This document shows positions 1 to 11,800 of a stretch of 64,000 bases of DNA, in pieces (the stretch's first letter is position 1; each line of letters opens with the position of its first letter). The notes under the pieces were generated by a model that saw only the letters and a list, made by a program, of their open reading frames with translations, did not search any database and was not told where the DNA came from. The stretch covers positions 193,222-257,221 of the forward strand of contig CP064994.1 of the NCBI GenBank assembly GCA_016699975.1, in the 5' to 3' direction. The position numbers and the translations under genes are program-made. The stretch is from Candidatus Moraniibacteriota bacterium. GTDB taxonomy: Bacteria; Patescibacteriota; Minisyncoccia; Moranbacterales; UBA1568.

Positions 1-414
1 GGAGAGATGATTGAGGCGATCGTTTCTGTAACGCACGCGGAGCTTCCCGCTGTCCTTGTTTCCGAAGAGCGAGGAAAAATGCTTGCAGAATTTGAGCTTC
101 AACTTTCCGAGATCAACACGACACTCGAAGAATTTTTGGAGAAGTCAAAGAAAACGCGAGAGGAACTTGAGGCACAGTGGACAGGGCAGGCAAAAAAGCG
201 CGTCTTGTCGGCACTTGCCCTTGAGAAAATTGCTAAAGATCGCGACATCGAACCGACTCATGAAGAGGTGGAAGCGGAAATGAACCGCGCGCTTCGTTAC
301 TATCGAACGGTGCGGCAAGCAGAAAAAGATATCGATCTTGGTCGGCTTCATGCGTATTCGGCTGGCCGACTTCGGAACGAAAAAGTATTCGAGTATCTTG
401 AGGGAATTCGCTAA
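1..414 (+). CDS. tig: Trigger factor, C-terminal part (5'-partial at window edge)
   Basis: ORF 7..414 sits immediately upstream of clpP (conserved tig-clpP order); its charged helical C-terminal-like sequence fits trigger factor. Confidence 0.5.
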   Translation, partial: GEMIEAIVSVTHAELPAVLVSEERGKMLAEFELQLSEINTTLEEFLEKSKKTREELEAQWTGQAKKRVLSALALEKIAKDRDIEPTHEEVEAEMNRALRYYRTVRQAEKDIDLGRLHAYSAGRLRNEKVFEYLEGIR

Positions 415-495
415 CAAGGAAGCGCGTATTGAGTATATCACTGCCTTCTCTTGTTTCTCGGCTTCTTGATTTTTAGACGCTCACTTCTTTTTTGA

Positions 496-1118
496 GTGTT
501 CCAATGGATTTTTGACCCTTCTATGTTTTCACCGACTCCTCTCGTTATCGAGAAAACGCATTTGGGCGAGCGCGCCTATGATATTTATTCGCGCCTTCTC
601 AAGGAGCGCATCATTTTTTTAAGCGGGCCGATTGATAATGAACTCGCGAACGCTGTTATTGCACAGCTCCTTTTCCTCGATTCGCAGAGCTCCAACGAAG
701 ATATCAAAATGTACATCAATTCGCCCGGTGGAGCGGTCACGGCGGCACTCGCGATCTACGACACGATGCAGCATGTCCGCTCCGACGTCCAGACGATTTG
801 TGTGGGAATGGCGGCCTCAGCGGCGGCGATCATCCTTGCGGCGGGTGCGAAAAAAGCGTCTGATACTTCCGAACAAGCGAAGTCATGATCCATCAGGTCT
901 TGGGTGGTGCCGAGGGTCAAGCGACGGATATCGATATTCATGCCCGTCATATTCTTGCAACTCGAGAGCGTCTCAACCGAATCCTTTCGAAGCATACCGG
1001 CCAAAAAATTTCGAAAATCGCACTTGATACCGAACGTGATCGCTTTATGACTGCTGAGGAAGCTGTTTCGTATGGTATTGTCGACACCATCCTCGAACGA
1101 AAAAGGAGTCTTGGTTGA
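496..1118 (+). CDS. clpP: ATP-dependent Clp protease proteolytic subunit ClpP, interrupted by two +1 frame changes near 850-885 (frame1->frame2->frame3)
   Basis: ORF 496..888 carries FLSGPIDN...[14 protein letters not shown] and ORF 885..1118 carries [24 protein letters not shown], the conserved ClpP halves; a short frame-2 segment KRLILPN bridges them; the A-run gcgaaaaaagcg lies at the first shift. Confidence 0.85.
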
Positions 1119-1198
1119 CATTTTCAAAAAATTCACGTACGATTTTCTTGTTCGTACTGTTCTTTAAATGACTCTTTTCCTCGGTAGAAGGAGGTTGT

Positions 1199-1969
1199 AT
1201 GTCGCGTGATCGTAAAAGAATACTTGTCGCTCCAGAGGGATCGGATATCTTTATTTCTCAAAAAGAGATTCGACTCCCGGCTTTCAAGTCATTTCAAAGC
1301 CTTCCCGCTTATTGTGCAAGGAAAAGGGCAGGTGAACCGGGAAGTTTATGGAGACAAAATTTCATGGACGAGCTTGGAGATGCCCTCGCTTCGCGAAACA
1401 TCATGCCCTTTAATCAATTCCGGAGTGTAAAAGGACCTTTTAGATTTGGGGTAAAGGTATGGCTGTGTCTCAACGGAATCCAAATTCCGGTTCTGATCGA
1501 ATATGATGGCGGTCACCCGATATGTCCTCACCAGTGGGCACTCCCGGGAGGGCTGATAGAGACCGCGTCCGATGCTCAGAGTATTCCAAAACATGCGCTC
1601 CAAGAACTCGCTGAGGAGCTTCTTCCGGTGTATGAGAAAAATGGGGTTTCATATGTTGGCTCATGGCGTTTTGGAGATCGGGTTTTCCGCGCTCCATGGC
1701 TCAATAATTTTTGTCGAAACATGGGCTTTCGGGCAGGGACGCGAGAGTTTGTCCTTGAAAGCGTACTATCACCAGAAAGTTGGTGCGTTTCATTCGGAAG
1801 AACTGATAGAAACGGGGGTGACGGCACTTTTATGGCGCAAGTGATGACCGAACCGAGTACCGGTTCCATTGAATTTGTCTTTTCTCTAAAGGCCGAACTT
1901 CCTTCAGAAGTACGCCTCTTTTGGAGAGAAGTTGATCACCTAAATCACCCCTCCAAAGAAATATCCTAG
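1199..1969 (+). CDS. Hypothetical protein with a degenerate NUDIX-like segment (WALPGG...LQELAEEL)
   Basis: Long ORF with RBS-like ggaggttgtATG; the Nudix box is not canonical. Confidence 0.4.
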   Translation: MSRDRKRILVAPEGSDIFISQKEIRLPAFKSFQSLPAYCARKRAGEPGSLWRQNFMDELGDALASRNIMPFNQFRSVKGPFRFGVKVWLCLNGIQIPVLIEYDGGHPICPHQWALPGGLIETASDAQSIPKHALQELAEELLPVYEKNGVSYVGSWRFGDRVFRAPWLNNFCRNMGFRAGTREFVLESVLSPESWCVSFGRTDRNGGDGTFMAQVMTEPSTGSIEFVFSLKAELPSEVRLFWREVDHLNHPSKEIS

Positions 1970-2105
1970 ATCCAAGGAGCATCGAGCTATATGTTATAGA
2001 CCTCCTTCCATTCAGTAGGAGATGATATAGATATAGAAGATAAACCTTGAAAAAGGCCGCGAGTTTTTTGGAACTCGCGGCTTTCGTCTTTTTGAGATTC
2101 TATTT

Positions 2106-3731
2106 CTATCGGTTGAACACCTCAAGGAGACTTTGACTGTGCATTTCTCGGGGGCGTTCGAGTCCCATGAGTTCGAGAATAGTGGGGGCGACATCGGAGA
2201 GGAGGCCTTCGACTTGAGTTTCCTCGCGCACCATTTCTTCGGCGGTTTTCTCGCGGTGATTGTCTGCGGTGACGAACCAGAGTGGAACCGGATTCTTCGA
2301 ATGTTCTGTGTCAGTTTCTCCTGTTTTGAGATTGCGGATTTCTTCCACATTGCCGTGATCGGCGGTAATAAGGAGCGCGCCGCCCGCTGTGAGAACGGCC
2401 GGAATGAGAAGGGAGAGACACTTGTCGGTCGATTGCACTGCCTCGATCGAGGCTGACTCGTTGCCAGTATGCCCTACCATATCGGGACTCGCATAATTGA
2501 GCAAAATGAAATCATATTTTCCGGATCGTATCGCTTCGATAGTTTTTTCTGTTGTCACTGCGGAACTCATTTCGGGAATTTCATCGAAGTGGGCGACGGA
2601 GGGAGAAGGAATGAGCAGTCGGTCTTCTCCTGGCCACGCGTTTTCCTTTCCGCCGTTAAAGAAGTAGGTGACGTGCGCATATTTCTCGGTCTCTGCGATG
2701 CGGAGTTGTGTTTTCCCATTTCGGCTCAAGATTTCCCCGAGGGCATTGGTAACGTTTTCGGGAGCGAAGGCAACATGGACGGGAAGATTTCGCTCATACT
2801 CCGTCATCGTTACAAAGTCAATGTCGAGCTTCTTGGGACGAGGGAAACCATCAAATTCGGGAAGCGCGAATGCTTTCGTGATTTCTCGGGCGCGATCTTC
2901 GCGATAGTTAAAAAAGACAACAGCATCGCCGTCTCGGACAATTCCCACGGGAACCCCGTCTTTTGAAAGCATGACCGGCTCGATGTATTCATCGGTGACG
3001 CCTTTTCGATAGGACTCTTCGACAAAAGTGAGGAGATCGGTCGTAGAAGGGGTACCTTCGGTCAGGACTCGGTATGCTTTCTCGACACGATCCCAATTAT
3101 TGTTTCGATCCATGCCCCAGTTGCGACCGCCAATGCTTGCTAGAGTGCCTACACTAAGCATATTTGCTCATGCAACGATTTCTTTGAGTGTATGAATGCC
3201 GGATGTCGGGGGTGAATCTCTTCCGTCGGTGAAAGCATGAATGAAGACATTTTTGAGACCATTTTGTGCTGCCATTTGAAGGAGCATATAGAGATGATCC
3301 TTGTTGGAGTGGACCGATCCTTCGCCTACGAGTCCCAGAATATGGAGTGCCCCGCCCGTTTCTTTGACGCGATTCATAGCTCCCATGAAGGCTTCGTTTT
3401 TGTAGAAGGATCCGTCTTGGATCGAGAGGGAAATGCGGGGGAGATTTTGATAAATGACTCGTCCCGCGCCGAGGGTCATGTGACCCACTTCGCTGTTTCC
3501 TGGCGTGTTCCAAGGAAGTCCGACGGCGATGCCGGACGCCTGGAGAGCGGTAAGCGGGTAATATTTATTGAGCTTCTCGATAGTGGGAAGTGTCGCTTCG
3601 CGAATAGGGTTTCCTTGCATCCCAGCGCTGATTCCCCAGCCATCGAGGACGACGAGTACGATAGGTCGGTACATACAATATTTGAGAAGAAATTTTGTCA
3701 GGGTGAAAACATTTTTGAAGAAGTGCCGCAC
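2106..3731 (-). CDS. gpmI: 2,3-bisphosphoglycerate-independent phosphoglycerate mutase, with an in-frame TGA at 3168-3170 splitting it into two same-frame ORFs
   Basis: N-part has VLDGWG...NSEVGH and C-part has ASPDMVGHTG / ITADHGN, the iPGM metal-binding motifs; the two ORFs (3168..3731 and 2106..3161) share one frame across a single TGA. Confidence 0.85.
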
Positions 3732-4145
3732 TTCTTCTTTGAAACACTTTCGCTTTGTTTTCCGGAATCATTCCCTTGCTTTCTTTACCGAAGAAAAAAC
3801 GGCAGGCATGTCCGTTTGGTCACTGCACGCTCTCAAAAAAAGAAAGAAGCACGAACATTTCTCGGAATTTCTTCTATCGTACCACGCTTTGATTTGCTTT
3901 GACAAAACGGTCGGCGCATTTTATGATGAGTCGTACAGTCTAAATTCATATTACCCCGTTTTCAACCGCGAGAGGAAAAGCGAATTCGTTTTTGGTCTAT
4001 GACACTGTTTGATTTCATTTCTTTCTTTTCCGAAGCGATTCCCAGAAAGTTTTCCGGGACGCTCCTTTCCTATTCTCATCTTACGGTGTAAGGGCTTTTT
4101 CCTTACCCTTTTCTCTTTCTGTGGTTGTGAGCGGGTACATTTCTT

Positions 4146-5678
4146 ATGTACTCCGATCTCACGTGGCTTATAACAGCGATGCTCGCTCTGTCGGCGGGCT
4201 CAGTTTTGGGATATTTTGCCCGACAAAGTATCGCGAAACGTCAACTTTCGACGGCCGAGGGAAAGGCGGAGCGAGTGACCTCGGACGCCACCAAACGTGC
4301 CGAAGACATTGTCCTTGAGGCGAAAAAGAAATCCGTTCAGATTCTCGAGGAAGCGAAACGCTCCGAAAAGGAGCGTGAAGATCAGATCGCGCGTCAGGAG
4401 CGAAGAATCGAACACCGGGAGGAAGCGCTCGACAAAAAAACGAGTGAACTTGATCAAACACGCGATTCGCTCGAGAAAAAGGCGGAAGAAATTCTCGCTA
4501 TTCGAAAAGAAGCGGAGAAGGCGCGTGAAGAAGAACTCTTGCGCCTCCAAAATATCGCCGGGCTCGACAAAGAAGAGGCAAAAAATATTTTGTTTGAACT
4601 TACCGAAGAAGAAAATCGCGACGCGCTCCTCGAGCGCATGAAAAAACTTCAAAAAGAAGGTGAAGAAGAAATGGAGCGCAAAGCCATGTCCATCATGGCG
4701 CAGGTGATTCAGCGCTACTCTCGTTCTCACGTTTCGGAATTTACGACGACCACGGTGCCGCTTCCGTCGGACGAGGTGAAGGGAAAGATTATCGGTAAAG
4801 AAGGGCGAAACATTCGCACCCTCGAGCGGTTAACGGGTGTCGAACTTATCGTCGACGATACGCCTGAAACCGTGCTTATTTCCGGATTTGATCCGGTGCG
4901 GCGCGAAACAGCGAAGATTGCCCTTGAGAAACTCATTACGGATGGCAGAATTCATCCCGCGCGAATTGAGGAAGTGGTGGAAGAGGCGAAGAAGGCAGTC
5001 GACGAGAAGATTCGTGAAGCGGGCGAGGCGGCGGCGTATGACGCAGGTGTCACCGGGCTTCATCCGAAACTGCTCTATATTTTGGGTCGCCTCCGATTTC
5101 GCTACAGCTACAAGCAGAACGTGCTCACGCATTCGCTCGAAGTTTCTGCGATCGCGGGGGCGCTTGCGGCGGAGCTTGGAGGAAATGTCGCTGTCGCAAA
5201 GAAAGCTGGCCTCCTCCATGATATCGGGAAAGCGGTCGACCATGAAATCGAAGGGACGCATGTGAAAATTGGAATTCGTATTCTGGAAAAATTCGGTATT
5301 GGGCAGGATGTTATCGCCGCAATGCAGTGCCATCATGACGAATTTCCGCATTCAACGCTCGAGTCTTATATCGTGACAGCGGCAGATGCGATTTCGGCAG
5401 CTCGTCCCGGAGCACGAAAAGAAACTGCGGAAAAATACATCAAGCGTCTTGAAGAACTGGAAGCGCTGATCAATTCTTTTGAAGCAGTAGAGCGATCGTA
5501 CGCGCTTTCCGCAGGGCGCGAAGTGCGCATTTTTGTCAGTCCTGAAAAAACCGACGACTTGGGAGCGATGAAGTTGGCGAAAGATATTTCCAAACGAATT
5601 CAGGATGAACTCAAGTATCCCGGAGAAATAAAAGTGATTGTGTTCCGAGAGACTCGGGCTGTCGAATATGCTCGTTAA
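4146..5678 (+). CDS. rny: Ribonuclease Y
   Basis: N-terminal TM helix, KH domain (GKIIGKEGRNIR) and HD domain (HSLEVS...LLHDIGK). Confidence 0.93.
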   Translation: MYSDLTWLITAMLALSAGSVLGYFARQSIAKRQLSTAEGKAERVTSDATKRAEDIVLEAKKKSVQILEEAKRSEKEREDQIARQERRIEHREEALDKKTSELDQTRDSLEKKAEEILAIRKEAEKAREEELLRLQNIAGLDKEEAKNILFELTEEENRDALLERMKKLQKEGEEEMERKAMSIMAQVIQRYSRSHVSEFTTTTVPLPSDEVKGKIIGKEGRNIRTLERLTGVELIVDDTPETVLISGFDPVRRETAKIALEKLITDGRIHPARIEEVVEEAKKAVDEKIREAGEAAAYDAGVTGLHPKLLYILGRLRFRYSYKQNVLTHSLEVSAIAGALAAELGGNVAVAKKAGLLHDIGKAVDHEIEGTHVKIGIRILEKFGIGQDVIAAMQCHHDEFPHSTLESYIVTAADAISAARPGARKETAEKYIKRLEELEALINSFEAVERSYALSAGREVRIFVSPEKTDDLGAMKLAKDISKRIQDELKYPGEIKVIVFRETRAVEYAR

Positions 5679-5786
5679 TTTTCTTGCATTTGCTTTCTTT
5701 ACGGGAAGAAGTTAGAATGAGCTCGCATAAAAAACACCCCTTGCGAATTTTCTTCGAAGGGAAATCTAGAAAGGCAGGTGGAGACT

Positions 5787-6071
5787 ATGGCAAAGAATAT
5801 TAACAAGGATATGCTGATTCACGCGATTGTGGAAAAGACCGACCTGTCGAAGCGAGACGTGGCAGCGGTGATTGAGTCGTTTGTTGATGTGGTGACCTCA
5901 GAACTTCGTTCGGGAAATAAAATAACCGTGACCGGTTTTGGTACCTTCCGCGTTTCGAAACGAGCCGCGCGCCAGGGTATCAACCCGCAGACCAAAGCAA
6001 AGATCAACATTCCAGCAATGACTGTTCCCAAATTTACGGCTGGCAAGACTCTGAAGGACGCCGTGAAATAA
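5787..6071 (+). CDS. hup: DNA-binding protein HU
   Basis: MAKNINKDMLI...GFGTFRV...PKFTAGK is the HU/IHF fold signature. Confidence 0.9.
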   Translation: MAKNINKDMLIHAIVEKTDLSKRDVAAVIESFVDVVTSELRSGNKITVTGFGTFRVSKRAARQGINPQTKAKINIPAMTVPKFTAGKTLKDAVK

Positions 6072-6091
6072 AGAAAATAAAAGATAGAAAC

Positions 6092-6120
6092 AAAATCTCC
6101 CGAAGAGGGAGATTTTGTTT
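6092..6120 (+). terminator. Rho-independent terminator after hup
   Basis: aaaatctccc-gaaga-gggagatttt hairpin followed by a T-run. Confidence 0.75.
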
Positions 6121-6404
6121 AGGAAAATATACCACAGAGGCGTTTTTCTCTCATGCTATTCGAGTAATATTGATCCACCGAGAACGAACAGTGCTTTCGA
6201 ATTAAAATCTTTCTTCCATATTCTTCGCTCGATTGCGTGGAAGTGCGAAGCCCTGCCTCTTGGCGTGAATGACAAAAAGAGAAAGAGGCGAGAAGATACC
6301 GAGAACATACGGGAGTTTTTCTCTTGCCAATAGTGAGTGAGTCCGTTTTTTCTGTAGCGGTTAGACAGAGATTCTTTTGCTGTGGTACAAAGGAAGTGTC
6401 TCTT

Positions 6405-6478
6405 CGGAGAGTCGTATAGTGGTAGTACGCGTGCTTTGGGAGCATGTAGTCCGGGTTCGATTCCCGGCTCTCCGACCA
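6405..6478 (+). tRNA. tRNA-Pro (anticodon TGG)
   Basis: Hand-folded cloverleaf: acceptor CGGAGAG/CTCTCCG (C1:G72, typical of Pro), anticodon loop TTTGGGA, T-loop TTCGATT, A73, CCA encoded. Confidence 0.8.
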
Positions 6479-6500
6479 AAATGAAACTTCTGGAAAATCT

Positions 6501-7216
6501 ATGCAAACATTTTTCACCCGTGTTCTCGAAAATCGCGAAGTGGCGCGCGGGACGCAAGCGCTTACGCTGGAAAAGCCTTCGGGATTTTCTTTTGTTGCCG
6601 GGCAATATAGTGTCCTCAGCACTGTCGAATTGATGGCGCCTGATCCAAAGGGTCCGCACCGATGTATGTCGATCGCCTCGGCGTCCTTTGAAGAGCATCT
6701 TCTTTTGCAATGCGCCTTTCAGAGAGTGGGTACAAGCAAACGATAGCGAAACTTCTGCCGGGAGACCGTATCGAAGTCGGCGCTCCTTTGGGGCACACCA
6801 CTCTCATTCCGGAAGACCCGCGTCCTGTTGTTTTTTTGATTGGTGGAATTGGGATTACACCCGCACGAAGTATCCTTTTTCAGGCAAATCATGATCGTGA
6901 TGATCGAGAGTTTTTTTTGTTTTATTCGAACTATGATCGGGAAGACGCTGCGTTTTGGGAAGAGCTCGAGCATTTTCCTTTCCTTCGCTACCGATTTATT
7001 CCGACACTTACCGACAGTAAGCTGGGGATGGAGTCATGGGGTGGTGAGCGAGGATTTATTTCTCGAGCTCTCCTCGAGAAATATTTGCCCGACATTCGAA
7101 CTCCACTATACTACCTCGTTGGAACGCTTGGCTTTACTACGGCAATGACGTCAATCCTTATGGAAGCGGGGGTTCAGAAAACAGCAATACGACAGGATCC
7201 TTTTATTGGGTTCTAA
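6501..7216 (+). CDS. FAD/NAD(P)-binding oxidoreductase (ferredoxin-NADP reductase-like), frame changed near 6714-6720
   Basis: N-part has GQYSVLS...RCMSIAS (FAD-binding RxYS motif) and C-part has PVVFLIGGIGITP (NAD-binding); the ORFs 6501..6746 and 6710..7216 overlap. Confidence 0.75.
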
Positions 7217-8008
7217 CGGATTTTTCTTTTCTTTTGGATTTCCTTGACAATAAATTTTGCGAAAATAAGATCCATTCGATCCCATTTCACTGTGTGATAT
7301 TCTGGAAGGGCTTCTTTGTTACGACGTTAAAGAAGTGCCGCGACGTTTTTTTGAGACAAGACCTGAATTTTTCTTCTCACTGTTTCGGAAAAAGTTACGA
7401 CACTTTTTGATGAAGAATGGCTCATATTCCTTCATGACAAGCGTGTTTGAAAAAAGAAAAACTTCCCCTTCATCTTTTTGAAAGGAAGGGGAAAGGGAGT
7501 TTCACGCTTCTCCTTTCTTCCAGCAAGAGAAAAGAGAAGTATCTTTTGATCAGTGTTTTTCTGTCGAGTAATTCAAAAAGTCCCACCATTTTCTTTGGTA
7601 TAAAAATGTTTCCCTCTTGTAAGTCGATAGCGAAGACTCTTCCTGGTCTGAATTTCAGTTCTTTTATTTTCCCTCTATCTTTCCTCTCTTTTTCCATCGG
7701 AAGGCAGGCTCGCTCTCCTGTGATTTTTGTATTCCCGCTCGGAACATCCTCGTGACTATTTTTTGAAAGAGAATCCGTTCGAGAAAGGGGGCTATCACAC
7801 CCCGAGCCTTGTTCGAAGGAAACGATTCTTCGATATCATTTCGTTTTCTGGTATACTGAAAAAAAGTTTTCTGGGAAAATCTTTCGTCATTGAATTTTTT
7901 GAAAAAGTCTCGGGAGAACGAATTTGAAGAAGTCAGTCTATTTTCTCCTTTCTTTTTTCCGATCGAACACTCTTCGCTCAGAGAAAATCGAAATACAAAA
8001 GAAAACCT

Positions 8009-8602
8009 ATGTTAAATTTTTCCTCGCTTCGATCCGCCCCCTCTCTTCCTTCGCGTCCCACAAACTTTTTCGTTCCGTGCCTTGTCTTTCTTTTCGCTGT
8101 TTTCGGTGGACTCATGTGGTACATTCATTTTACAGGACAATCTCTTTCCGCGTGGACTCTTCCTCTCACTCCTCGCGAAAAATCGCCTGTGGATACTTTC
8201 GCTTCTCCCGCAGAGCAAATCCGCTCGCTCTCCAAAGAATCCCGCTCTTTCCTCGGAACAATTGAACAAGTAGTGACCTTGAAGACAACCGGGACGCGCA
8301 TTCTTTCTGTCCGTTCCTCAGTACTTGATGAAGAGAAGTTGGATCAGGTGAATTTTGACTCGGACTCCGTCAACCTTCCACAAAAAGAACATGTTTTCCG
8401 CGTCGCGGTTTCTTCGGATGCGACGCTTCGAGGAAAAGGAGCGACCCTTGAGGCTCTTCGATCTGGCGATATGGTTTCTGTGACGACCAAAGAAACGCTT
8501 TCAGATGCCGAAGAGTTGACCGCGGAAAGTGTGGAGAAAATTATGGAAGGACCTCTTCTTGAAGTGTCTCCAAACAATACTCAGCCAGAGGGGAGTGAAT
8601 AA
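8009..8602 (+). CDS. Hypothetical membrane-anchored protein
   Basis: N-terminal hydrophobic helix FFVPCLVFLFAVFGGLMWYI; no recognised domain. Confidence 0.45.
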   Translation: MLNFSSLRSAPSLPSRPTNFFVPCLVFLFAVFGGLMWYIHFTGQSLSAWTLPLTPREKSPVDTFASPAEQIRSLSKESRSFLGTIEQVVTLKTTGTRILSVRSSVLDEEKLDQVNFDSDSVNLPQKEHVFRVAVSSDATLRGKGATLEALRSGDMVSVTTKETLSDAEELTAESVEKIMEGPLLEVSPNNTQPEGSE

Positions 8603-8855
8603 GAAATTGGGAGAGCTCTTGAGGAGGATTCCACTGTTTGGTACGGAGACGATTGGAAAATTCTTTGGACAAAGAGGAGAGCTTTGACGCTATGTTTGCC
8701 GCGCAATTTTTCCCGTATTTCACCGTAAACGGAAGTGGTCATTGAGAGACAGCGCTCGTCTCTCAAGGAATCTGAAAGAGAGGATGCATGAAATCCCTCC
8801 TTCGTTTGGAATAAAGGAAAGAGATGTTCGGACTGAGTTTGTTCTTCTTGTTTTT

Positions 8856-11800
8856 ATGAATCAGTGTCGATTGTTTCGTGGGTGGTTCTGGAGAGGAGTT
8901 CTTCTCGCCACATTTTTTGGCACCTCGTTTTCGTGTGCGTTTGCGGCGAATGAGCAAACGGTTCGGGTTATTGGCGGGCCCGTCTCTCTTTCCGAGTTGT
9001 GGGGAGGAGCGCTCAATACTGGTTCGTTAGCCGAGTGGGGACAAGGAATCGCTCTCCACCGAATGGAAACCGATCGTGAAAACCTCACGCTTCTTTCGGG
9101 GGGAACGCTTTCGTTTTCCTTTGCTCCCGATAAGCCGACAGCATTTCTTCGGGGAGGTATTTTTTCTGGGACGACGGTTGTCGGCTCGTGGGCGGAAAGT
9201 TTGGAAAGGCGAGATGTCTGCGATGCCACGCCGGCAAATTTTTCTGCGGGCGAGAAAGAATATTCGTTTGCACTCTGTGGGAAGAAACCATCTGTTTCAT
9301 TGCAATCGAGCGATGAAAATATTGTCAGTTGCTCCGGCATGTCGTGCGTGGCACATCAGACGGGCTCTGTTCGGATCACCGCTACTATTGCGCCTACACA
9401 GACGGTGCTGTGGGCGAAGCAGAATACCGAAACCAACTGGCAAAGAGCGGGAACAGTAACACTCTCCGAAGGTGTATTGTCGTGGCCAGTGAGTGTGGCA
9501 TCTCCGCCCACGCTTTCTTTCTCCATGAAGGAAACAAATCCGCTCCCGTTTGGATCGTCGGCGACACTTGTATGGTCAGCGGAGAATGCGGTTCGCTGTG
9601 AAGCATCGGGCGCGTGGCAGGGCACCCGAGAGCTTCAGAGTGGGGGATTCTCGACGGGTCCGATATTCGCTCGGCGCGATTACGGACTCCGATGTTGGGG
9701 GTCGGGAGATGATACAGTTGAGAAAACAGTGAGCGTTTTGGTTGGTTCGCCAACGCGGGGCCCAGTTGTCACGCTGACCGCGGGTTCCACGCTTATTCCT
9801 TATGGCAGCGATACTATTTTGTCTTGGTCGTCCGAAAATGCCGACGTGTGTCAGGCAACGGGCGCCTGGGTAAATCCTGGTCCTGGAACACGGGCTCCAA
9901 CCGGCTCTCAGAGTACCGGCAATCTTCGAAGTGATAAAACCTATATTATTGAGTGTTACGGTTCGGGTGGTTCGCAGGCGAAACAGATAACGGTGCATGT
10001 CATTCCTCCGTCGTCCAAGCCGTCCATACAAACATTTTCGGCGAGCCCGGTGTCCGTCGTGTACAACAAGTCGACGACGCTTTCGTGGACGACGCAGAGC
10101 GCTGCTTCTTGTCGGGCGTATGCCGATCCAGTTCGGAGCGATTGGGATGGCACACGGAATATTGAGGGAAAAGAGACCATCTCTGGGCTCCTTGGTACGA
10201 CGCGATTTTTTCTGGAGTGTACCGGAGCTGGTGGAAAAGTGGTAAAAAGTGTCGATGTGAAAGTAGAGCCTCAGGATTTACCGCCTCCAACACTTTCCTT
10301 TTCGGCCGATGAGTCGGCGCTTCCCTATGGCGGAAGCACAGTGCTTCGTTGGGAGTCTCGCTTTGCGGATACATGTCGTGCGAGTCTCGACTGGTCTGGA
10401 GAGAAAGAGAGAAATGGTTCATTCTCTCAAAATATCGGCCCGCTTTCTACTTCAAAACGATACCAACTCTTCTGTGAGAATGCAGCGGGATCGGTCACGG
10501 CGCTTGTTCAAGTATTCGTGGGCGATCCGACGGGTCAGGTTCGAGTATCGCTTTCCGCGGATCAGAATAAGGTGAGTTTGGGAGGGAGAACTACCGTTCG
10601 GTGGACGACGGAGAATGCTTCGACATGCATCTTAAACAAATACCAAAGCGGTACTTCTCAAATTGTTTCGAGAGAATTGGTGGGAAGCGCGAGTACAGGA
10701 ACGCTCACTTCGTCGATATACTATACGCTCACGTGTTCCAATAAGCTCGGTATCGCTTCGGCTTCTGAACCGGTTGTAATCAATCTTTCTCCTGGAGGAA
10801 CATTTTCGGCGCGCCCGCTCATTTCTTTCCAGCGAGACGCAGGATATATTTCTTATAATACGCCGACCACATTGCGGTGGAAGGCGGAGTATGCAGATTT
10901 TTGTGAAGCGTCTTCCAATGCCGATACCCCTCTTGAAAACTGGAACGGCCGAAAGGATATTTCAGGAGTGTCTTCGACTGGAAATCTCATTGGCACGACC
11001 CGATTTACCCTCACATGCCATGGTTCCGGGGGGACAAGCAGTGCTTCGGTGACGGCGACGGTTGGAGATCCGTCGCAGACAGGACCCTCTCTCAAATTTT
11101 GGGCGGATTCATTTACAGTAAATCCGGGCGAGTCGACGACGCTTCGCTGGGAATCGACCGATGCGACGCGCTGCAGCGCTTCTGCTGGATGGTCGGGCTC
11201 CAAAGGAACAAATTCTGGTCAAGTTTACGCGGAAAAAACTCGAAATCTTACAGAAACAACTACCTTTCTTCTTTCCTGTTCGAGCCCAGGCGGAGGTGTT
11301 TCTCTGTCAGTCACTATTTTTGTCGGCTCTTCGGTTGTCGCGCCGAGTCTTAGTTTGTGGGCTGATGCGGCTGTTGTTAATCCCGGTGAGTCGACGATTC
11401 TCCGGTGGAGTTCCTCGTCCGCAACTTCTTGCCGCGCCTTTTCAGATCCAGAATCTCCTCTATGGAGCGGGGAAATGAGCTTTGCAGGCGCGCGAAGAAC
11501 AGGGCCCCTTACGGGAGATCCTGCCGCGGTTCCTCCGCGCCTTACTCAGACCTATCGATTGGTCTGCGAGGGGCCCGGTGGAGAGGTGTCTACCCAAACA
11601 ACTATTGGTATCGGTGTTGCTTCTGGAATCGGGCCCGAAATTACCAATTTCTCGGCCGATGCGTTTGTGATTCCTTTTGATACCGCTCCTACCCTTAGGC
11701 TCTCGAGCAACAATGCGGATGCCTGTTGTCTTACAACTGACACTCCGGATGCGTGTTGGGACAGTACGAGAACACAGTGGATGGAATTGCCGAGTACGAA

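Noticed and set aside
1199-1969. Calling the ORF 1199..1969 a canonical NUDIX hydrolase
   Set aside because: WALPGG is present, but the Gx5Ex7REUxEExGU box does not align: key Glu/Arg positions are replaced. Only a Nudix-like annotation at low confidence is kept.
4200-4730. 176-aa minus-strand ORF inside rny
   Set aside because: It is antisense to a well-supported RNase Y gene, and its translation is Phe/Leu-rich low complexity.
7245-7275. TTGACA hexamer at 7245 as a promoter
   Set aside because: There is no acceptable -10 element at 16-18 nt spacing and no downstream gene.
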